Shown here piece after piece: positions 57,755 to 64,000 of a stretch of 64,000 nt of DNA. The first letter of the stretch is position 1, and each line of letters starts with the position of its first letter. The notes beneath the pieces are model-generated. The model did not search any database. It worked only from the letters and a program-made list of their open reading frames with translations, and was not told the origin of the DNA. Source of the stretch: Poseidonia sp. (GTDB lineage: Archaea; Thermoplasmatota; Poseidoniia; Poseidoniales; Poseidoniaceae). The translations under genes and the position numbers were made by a program. Location: the NCBI GenBank assembly GCA_965661285.1, contig CBFIDD010000001.1, positions 96,001 to 160,000 on the forward strand, written 5' to 3'.

Positions 57755-59557
57755 TCAAACGCTGAAGATGCTGCTTGCACCTTCAAGCACAATCGCAGTG
57801 AAGAGCGAAGCAAGGCCGGCCACCCATGTGAGTTGGACCATTTGGCCCACAGCGCTTGTGCGCGTACCGCCTCGCAACCGTGTGGCGATGGATGAAACGG
57901 AGACGACCTGAGCGAGAATCAGCAAGGAAATGATGATCTTGAACATACGAATGTTGTCTTCAACCGACGAAGCATCTTCCATCACGGGCAGCGCAATACC
58001 ACCCGAGAATTCGGAGAGGGCACCCACGTTCGTGTCCACCAATCCCGAGGCCACACCAGCGATGGCTTCACCGAGTTGCAGCACAATGGCCGTCGTCACG
58101 TTGAGTGAAGCGACGCTGGAGATGAGCAGCCCGAGCGCCACACCCCACATGGTGTTGGCTGAAAGCGCACGTCGGTTTCGAAGTGAGAGCAGGTTGCCAA
58201 CGCTTCGCGAGACCATTTCTGCCGTGCCGGCGGGTTGGCCCGAAGATTGAGCGCCTTCGATGTAGATGCGGGTGTACCTCGAAATCACCGCGGAATTGGT
58301 GTCGGCGGTGAAATAGTCCCACGCACGGTCGGAATCAATGCGGGTGGAGAGCCGTTTTTCCAAGCGATCAATGGAATTGTCCAGCATACCAAAATCAATG
58401 CCGCGAAGGGCTTTGATGGTTGCCGAGGGTTCGGCAGACCGCGCTTGGGCTGTCCCGCCCAAGGCCCGGATGAAATCGGGATAGGTTTCGTCTCGACGCT
58501 GAATCTGATTCTCTTCACGACGCACCATGAATGCGGGAATGAGAAGAGGTGAGAACGGCAGGACGATGAAAATGAGACCGTATTTATCCCACTGTGTGGT
58601 GATGACCTCCCATGTCCAAATCAGCGTGAACGTGGAAAGGACCAGCAACCCTGCTGCGATGGCACCCGACAACAGCAGTGACCGCCTGAAGTTGATGCGA
58701 AACGGCGTATCCATTTCGTCACGAGCAAAGGTGGCGTCTTTTGGAATCGTTGCACGGAACGCAAACACGGCGACGATTTGGATGAACAAGAAGACCAAGG
58801 AGGCCAACAGCAGGAAACGCAGGCGACTCGCGATTTCAATTGGCGTATCGTCGACGCCACCGACTTCAAACAGCACCAGGTGAATGCCTGCGATGACCAA
58901 GCCAAACAAACCCGCCGTGTTGAGCGAGACGTAGATTTCCTTGAGGGTGTCAACGGACTCAAGGCGCGTGTCGTACAGCGTGTTGTACTGCTCTGCGATG
59001 GTTTCTTGCTCGGAGCGCATGAATTCATCGATGGGTTGACCGGCTTCGATGGAAAACGCCATTCTGTCGAGAAAATCCGACCACAGCGGACTTGGACTTT
59101 GGTGAGCAACAATTCGTGCAGCCTCGGGAAGCGAGGTGTGCCATTTGTCGACCAGCGTTTCAATTCGCTGAACTTCCGATGCCAGTTCCCCGTAGTCTCG
59201 CATCTGTTTGAGAATGTCAAAAATGGATTGTGCCCCCACTTCTCCGATGGACAAAATGCCCATGCGCGTGATGAACATGTGCATTTCTTCCTCGATCAGC
59301 GTCGCCGAACGTTGGACGTCCAACAGCGGGAAGGCCACGGCCGACAGGGCGGCCATGGCGGTGAGAAGAATGACGAACAAGAAGCCCGTCACGCCAGCGA
59401 AGAGCGCTCCCTCTGCAAGTCCGCCGGTCAAAAAGACGATGACGATGGCGAGCAGAAAGGTGACGCCGACAATCGGGGCGACATACAGGCTTAGAAACCG
59501 AGGAACCGGCATCTCAAGACGACGAAGGGCAATTTGCCAGATCGGCATGCGCTCCAT
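57755..59557 (-). CDS. flaJ: Archaellum/type IV pilus platform protein FlaJ (ArlJ)
   Basis: Two GspF-like domains (YGELA.E...L.EAA; F.DFIRALG), multi-TM; downstream of flaI. Confidence 0.9.
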   Translation of the reverse strand: MERMPIWQIALRRLEMPVPRFLSLYVAPIVGVTFLLAIVIVFLTGGLAEGALFAGVTGFLFVILLTAMAALSAVAFPLLDVQRSATLIEEEMHMFITRMGILSIGEVGAQSIFDILKQMRDYGELASEVQRIETLVDKWHTSLPEAARIVAHQSPSPLWSDFLDRMAFSIEAGQPIDEFMRSEQETIAEQYNTLYDTRLESVDTLKEIYVSLNTAGLFGLVIAGIHLVLFEVGGVDDTPIEIASRLRFLLLASLVFLFIQIVAVFAFRATIPKDATFARDEMDTPFRINFRRSLLLSGAIAAGLLVLSTFTLIWTWEVITTQWDKYGLIFIVLPFSPLLIPAFMVRREENQIQRRDETYPDFIRALGGTAQARSAEPSATIKALRGIDFGMLDNSIDRLEKRLSTRIDSDRAWDYFTADTNSAVISRYTRIYIEGAQSSGQPAGTAEMVSRSVGNLLSLRNRRALSANTMWGVALGLLISSVASLNVTTAIVLQLGEAIAGVASGLVDTNVGALSEFSGGIALPVMEDASSVEDNIRMFKIIISLLILAQVVSVSSIATRLRGGTRTSAVGQMVQLTWVAGLASLFTAIVLEGASSIFSV

Positions 59558-59569
59558 GTCTCATCATCC

Positions 59570-61285
59570 TCAATTCTGGTTGACGCCGACCCATGTGTCG
59601 ATGGCTCGGCTGAAGTGGTCCCAACCGTTGGAGTAGTACAACCCGAGCAGGTCAAACACGTCGTCATAATGGGTCAAATCGCGGTCGGCCATGCGTTGAA
59701 TCGCGTCCGCTCGGCGAAGCATCTCGTCGTAGATGTCGCGCTTGTTGGCGAAACCCGCCATCGCTGCAATCTTGTTTTCAAGCAAATGCGACTGGAACAT
59801 ACCGCGGAAATAGTGCTTGTCTTTGACGGGGTCCCACTCAAACATACCACGGGTCAACACACCGTCGCTGTGCTTGTTGTAGCCGATGACCTCGTCAATA
59901 CCGGTGATACGACGGGCGATACCGCCACCGGGTGCTTCCACCACCTCTTGGAAAATGGCGAAGTTCAGGTTGTCAAAGAACCGAATGGGGACGTTGATTG
60001 GGTCGCCGGTAAAACGCTGAATCATCTTGACGATGGAGGATGCGTGGAAGGTCGCAATGACCGGGTGACCGGTTTGCATGGCCTGGAACGCCGTTGCACC
60101 TTCCACACCACGAATTTCACCGATGATGATGTAGCGGGGTCGGCTTCGCAGCGCCGCTTTGAGAAGGTCGAACATTTCCACTCGAGAGTCCTCGTTCTTC
60201 GCATCACGGGTGACAAGGCGCTGCCAAATCTTGTGGCGCACCTTCACTTCAGGCGTGTCTTCTGCGGAGTAGATTTTCACGTTGTGGTCGATAAACGGAA
60301 GAATGGCATTGAGCGTCGTGGTCTTTCCCGATGCGGTTTCTCCCGATACGAGCACGGACATGCCGTATTCGAGACAAATCCAGATGTAAGCCGCTTGCTG
60401 CGCTGACATGGTGCCCCATTTGATGAGTTGAATGACCGAGATGGTTTCCTCGGCGAATTTTCGGATGGTGAAGGACGGCCCGAGCATGGACACGTCGTCG
60501 GAGAAGATGATGTTGATACGGGAACCGTCGAGAAGCACACCGTCGATGATGGGTTTGTTGTCCGAAACCGGACGACCGATACGTTCGGACATGGCTCGCA
60601 AATAGCGAGAAAGGAGTTCGCGTTCACGGAACCGGATGTTGGAGGTGACCATACCAAACACCTTGTGATCCATGTGGATGTGTTTGAGCCCCACCGAGTG
60701 AATATCTTCCAGCATCTCGTCGGAAAGCAGCGGTTCAAGCGGGCCGTTTCGAATCAAATCCCGAATGACAACATAGCTCAGCCGCTCACGTTGGGCTTGG
60801 GTCACGGTCAGCCGCTTGTCGTCCATGCCGACCATCTCCCACAAGCGTCCTTGCCGACGGACCATGTTGCGGGCTTCACTGTCAAGAATCGTGTAGCGCT
60901 CGATCATCTGTTCGAGGATGTTTTCAAATTCGTTATCCGTGGTGAACGAGGGTGCCGTGGGCGCTTCTTGGAGGAGCGTTTCAACAAGTTCTCGGCGTAT
61001 GTTTTCCTCCTCTTCGGTAAGTTGAGGCTCCAGCCCGAACCAGAGGACGGTTCCACCACCGTCGTCATCGGCCGGAGGCTCGTAAATGTGAACGAAAATT
61101 GGCTCCCGTGTCACGTAGATGAGATTGAGCGGGCGTTGCTTCTTGGCATCCCTGTCAAGCGGACCGTAATACATCGGGCGAGAACCGTAGCGCATCTCAA
61201 AGTCACGCACCCACTCTGCAACGTGGGGATAGGCCGCCATGACGCCGTTGAGGTCGCCCTTTGCAAATCGTGGTTCGTCCGCCAT
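59570..61285 (-). CDS. flaI: Archaellum assembly ATPase FlaI (ArlI)
   Basis: GETASGKTT, EDTPE, ALRSRP, GEIRG, TGH..TFHA. Confidence 0.95.
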   Translation of the reverse strand: MADEPRFAKGDLNGVMAAYPHVAEWVRDFEMRYGSRPMYYGPLDRDAKKQRPLNLIYVTREPIFVHIYEPPADDDGGGTVLWFGLEPQLTEEEENIRRELVETLLQEAPTAPSFTTDNEFENILEQMIERYTILDSEARNMVRRQGRLWEMVGMDDKRLTVTQAQRERLSYVVIRDLIRNGPLEPLLSDEMLEDIHSVGLKHIHMDHKVFGMVTSNIRFRERELLSRYLRAMSERIGRPVSDNKPIIDGVLLDGSRINIIFSDDVSMLGPSFTIRKFAEETISVIQLIKWGTMSAQQAAYIWICLEYGMSVLVSGETASGKTTTLNAILPFIDHNVKIYSAEDTPEVKVRHKIWQRLVTRDAKNEDSRVEMFDLLKAALRSRPRYIIIGEIRGVEGATAFQAMQTGHPVIATFHASSIVKMIQRFTGDPINVPIRFFDNLNFAIFQEVVEAPGGGIARRITGIDEVIGYNKHSDGVLTRGMFEWDPVKDKHYFRGMFQSHLLENKIAAMAGFANKRDIYDEMLRRADAIQRMADRDLTHYDDVFDLLGLYYSNGWDHFSRAIDTWVGVNQN

Positions 61286-61298
61286 GATATCGCCCCTG

Positions 61299-62036
61299 TC
61301 AGCTCACCGCCGTGATGTCAACGATGAAGCCCATGCCGGGCTCAACACGCCAACCGATCGAGGTTTGAATCGGTCCGGCCGCACGTAGGAATCGGGTGAT
61401 GATGATGTTGCGTTTGATTTCTCCCCCGATCATGGCGTTGTCCAAATCGAGGACCACTTCAGCCGAAGCGCGCAGGCTGTGAAGCATGGCGGCGTCCATC
61501 TCCTCTGGGTCTGCACAAAGCATGATTGAACGACCGTCTGAAGCGATTTTTCGAAGTTGTTGAATCATGGCAAAATGGTCTGCTTTTGTGCCGCCCTCGG
61601 GCATCAAGGAACTGGCAGAATCCAAGACGATGACGTCAGCAGCGGGGATGGCTGGACTGTTGAGAACATCCTGAAGGCTGACGTCTTGACGGGAATCGGC
61701 AATGGTACCGTACCTGCTCAAGACCATCACTTGGCCCTTGCGCATGGCTTCGGTCATGCCATAACCGATGCTTTCCATCTGCTCAACCCAGCCTCGGGTG
61801 GTTAATTCTGTCGTGATGACCAGGACTTTGACGCCGTTGTGAACCATGCCGTGTATCAGCCGTTGCGCAATCAGCGACTTCCCCGCACCCACTTTCCCTT
61901 GAAGGAGGTAGAGAGAGCGATTGGGAAGTTTCAATCCCATCGAATCCGCAAGCGAGTCCGTTTCCACTTCAAAGGGGAACCCGTCTTCAATCGGCTTGTG
62001 TGCCGTCATGAAGGGGTTTTCATCAGGCGAAAGCAT
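61299..62036 (-). CDS. flaH: KaiC-like FlaH (ArlH)
   Basis: GKVGAGKS..QR, TTELT, LDS, RVEPGMG..VDI. Confidence 0.9.
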   Translation of the reverse strand: MLSPDENPFMTAHKPIEDGFPFEVETDSLADSMGLKLPNRSLYLLQGKVGAGKSLIAQRLIHGMVHNGVKVLVITTELTTRGWVEQMESIGYGMTEAMRKGQVMVLSRYGTIADSRQDVSLQDVLNSPAIPAADVIVLDSASSLMPEGGTKADHFAMIQQLRKIASDGRSIMLCADPEEMDAAMLHSLRASAEVVLDLDNAMIGGEIKRNIIITRFLRAAGPIQTSIGWRVEPGMGFIVDITAVS

Positions 62037-62514
62037 TCAATCTCACCTCCGCATTGGTCGCTGCCGAGTGGGTGTGGCCACTGATGCTTTCCGAGACGCC
62101 AACAAAATACACGAAAATATCCTGTCCGTTTTGGAAGTTCCAGGAACCGTTGAACAGGACGACCTGCAAGAGATCGCCCGGGTTCCAGTCCGTGCCGCTC
62201 GGGAGGACGGTTTCTGTTGTCGAATTCGGCGCTGCACCGTTGATGAGCACCTCATAGGTCGTCGTATCCAGATCGTATGCACCGGTGTTCAGGAAGAACA
62301 GCGTGATGGTGTCGGCCGTCGAATTGTAGGCAACCATCGCTGGGTCGCCCGCCAACGCAACACTCACGCCGTCTTTGTCGGCTGAAGCACGCTCCTGGGT
62401 TTGCACCACGCGCACTGCATCACTCCATTCGGAAATGAGCACGGCGCTGGCACCGCCTGAGATCAGCAAGCCCGTGATGAGCATGATCATCGTAGAAGCA
62501 CCTCCATCTGCCAT
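62023..62514 (-). CDS. flaG: Archaellum stator protein FlaG (ArlG)
   Basis: N-terminal TM, DP..V, NTG, W.PGD; gene order F-G-H. Confidence 0.85.
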   Translation of the reverse strand: MADGGASTMIMLITGLLISGGASAVLISEWSDAVRVVQTQERASADKDGVSVALAGDPAMVAYNSTADTITLFFLNTGAYDLDTTTYEVLINGAAPNSTTETVLPSGTDWNPGDLLQVVLFNGSWNFQNGQDIFVYFVGVSESISGHTHSAATNAEVRLNAFA

Positions 62515-62518
62515 GCCA

Positions 62519-63166
62519 TCACCAGAGTCCGTGCGAAACGGTGGTCTCGCCCACCGTGAGCGTCAGTCGTTCGTCTCCAGGCAAGCCCGTATTGAACCAA
62601 TCAAGGAACAGGGTTTCTCCTGAAAACCACAGATTGGTCAACGGCGGGTTGTAGACCGTTGAAAATAGCGTTGCATCTTGCCCGTCGAGGAAGAGCCATG
62701 CGTCGTCGTGGGCGATGGTGGTCGAACCTGTATTGGTAAGGTTCGCATACACCACATTGCCAAGGGTGGGGGTAAAGCTCGCGGTTGAGGTTGGTGTTCC
62801 TCCACCGTTCACCACCAAGGTCGGGAGCGCTGAATAATTGCCGTGGCTGGTGATGACCACGGACGTGATGGCTCCTGTTACGTTGTTGATGGCGTAGGTG
62901 GCAGAAAACCCGCCAGTACCGCTTGAGGCTTCGATGGTCCCGCCGCTGCTGTAGCCTGCGCCGCCGTTTCCGATGGTAACATCCACAACAGCGCCGGTGA
63001 AGATCACCGCGTCGTCGATGGTGAAGGATGGTGCGGGTTCGTCTGCTTCTTCAATCCGGTCAACGCCGGACTCAATCTGCAACGAAATGGCTTGGTACGC
63101 CATGGAAAACACCACCAGCATCGAAATGCCGATGATGAGTCCGCCTACACCAACCGAAGCACCCAT
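62519..63166 (-). CDS. flaF: Archaellum stator protein FlaF (ArlF) with internal repeat insertion
   Basis: MGAS + TM, LTNTGST, LDG, W.SGET; position upstream of flaG. Confidence 0.8.
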   Translation of the reverse strand: MGASVGVGGLIIGISMLVVFSMAYQAISLQIESGVDRIEEADEPAPSFTIDDAVIFTGAVVDVTIGNGGAGYSSGGTIEASSGTGGFSATYAINNVTGAITSVVITSHGNYSALPTLVVNGGGTPTSTASFTPTLGNVVYANLTNTGSTTIAHDDAWLFLDGQDATLFSTVYNPPLTNLWFSGETLFLDWFNTGLPGDERLTLTVGETTVSHGLW

Positions 63167-63167
63167 G

Positions 63168-64000
63168 TCACTCTTCTCCTCTTAGTGCGTGAAGTTGTCG
63201 CCAGGACGAGACCAGTGCGGAGAACACAAGCAGTTGCCTGTGGGGCAAATGGTCCTCAAGCGCTGTTTCCGGGTCGCCGGGTTCTGCCAACTGAACGATG
63301 GCGAGTACAGCGTCGCCTTCTTCCTGCGTCAGCATACCGGACTCCATGGCTTTCTGGGTGAAACTCACCGCTGCCATGCCGGACATGTGGTCGAGCAAGA
63401 GCGCCGCCACGGTGGGTGCGCCTGTGCTTGACTGTCCGTTTCCAGAACCGCTTGAACGAGGGGCGACGAGGAACGGGTTGGCTGCCAAGGCTTGCGCCTC
63501 GTACAGTTCCACCAGTTGACCCTGGTCGTCTTCCATCATCCGGGATGTGCCGCCAACTTCCACCACTTCACCGCTTGCGGTGATGATGCGGTCGCCGGTA
63601 GCGCCGTCAGTGTCGTCATCGGATTCATCGGCGTCGATACCTTCGCCGTCAGCACCGGTTTCTGTGTTGACGGATACTCCCTCATCGAGGCGATGTTCCA
63701 CCATTCGCAGAACATCTTCAACCATGTCAAGACGGCTGCTGATGAGTCGCTCAAGGCCAGAGGTGTCCACGGTCGCAGGGGCTGCTGGCACCGGCGGTTG
63801 GGCAGGTGCAAGCGTGGCTGCAACGTTCGGGACGCTTTGCTGGCTGTTGATCCGGGCTCGTGTTGGTCCGGGGGAAATGGTCCACGCATCCTCTTCTGTG
63901 AGCATCCCCTGTTCAGGGAACGGCACCTGTTCAATGGCCACGTTGGCCAAGATTTTCAGGCGCTCTTCGCTCAAGTTTTGGTCTGCGCTTTTGTTTCCAC
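63168..64000 (-). CDS. Fla-operon protein (FlaC/D/E position), probably 5'-truncated by the window
   Basis: Frame stays open to the window edge upstream of TTG 63974; contains ELYE..A..NPF (FlaC-like) and a C-terminal H/L helix; abuts flaF. Confidence 0.6.
   Translation of the reverse strand, partial: GNKSADQNLSEERLKILANVAIEQVPFPEQGMLTEEDAWTISPGPTRARINSQQSVPNVAATLAPAQPPVPAAPATVDTSGLERLISSRLDMVEDVLRMVEHRLDEGVSVNTETGADGEGIDADESDDDTDGATGDRIITASGEVVEVGGTSRMMEDDQGQLVELYEAQALAANPFLVAPRSSGSGNGQSSTGAPTVAALLLDHMSGMAAVSFTQKAMESGMLTQEEGDAVLAIVQLAEPGDPETALEDHLPHRQLLVFSALVSSWRQLHALRGEE

Noticed and set aside
1-64000. CRISPR array, IS elements, prophage, diversity-generating retroelement, inteins
   Set aside because: I saw no regularly spaced repeats, transposase, integrase, reverse transcriptase or intein motifs. 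RFC-S, DP1 and FlaI have normal lengths. Short similarities in the giant gene (NDAP codons at about 23900 and 24345) are protein-domain repeats.

Overview
Archaeal chromosomal DNA, about 58-60% GC by eye. Gene content points to Marine Group II Euryarchaeota (Ca. Poseidoniales); this is an inference from archaeal RFC-S, GatD, PolD DP1, pelota, Nob1, an intron-containing tRNA-Met, bacterial-type Fhs/Nth/PolX, giant secreted proteins and a flaF-G-H-I-J cluster. There are about 45 CDS and three tRNAs (Met-CAT with a 54-nt BHB intron, Val-TAC, Glu-TTC). I saw no rRNA, CRISPR array, transposase or integrase. The standout is a 22-kb minus-strand surface locus (22.1-45.2 kb): ABC ATPase, enlarged FtsX-type permease, a 1056-aa Ig/FN3 membrane-anchored protein, and a 4631-aa giant. 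The giant has a WapA/Rhs-like N-terminus, beta-helix, CBM9/DOMON-like and cadherin-like modules, then an INTERNAL PGF-CTERM-like sorting signal followed in frame by a complete archaeal type IV pilin. It looks like an adhesin-pilin polyprotein. The two surface genes share a 32-bp promoter layout and a two-hairpin 3' UTR. Several enzymes have altered catalytic motifs (surface alpha/beta-hydrolase, PolX, carboxyltransferase), and FlaF carries a repeat insert resembling phage structural proteins. All domain calls are by motif recognition only; no database search was run.
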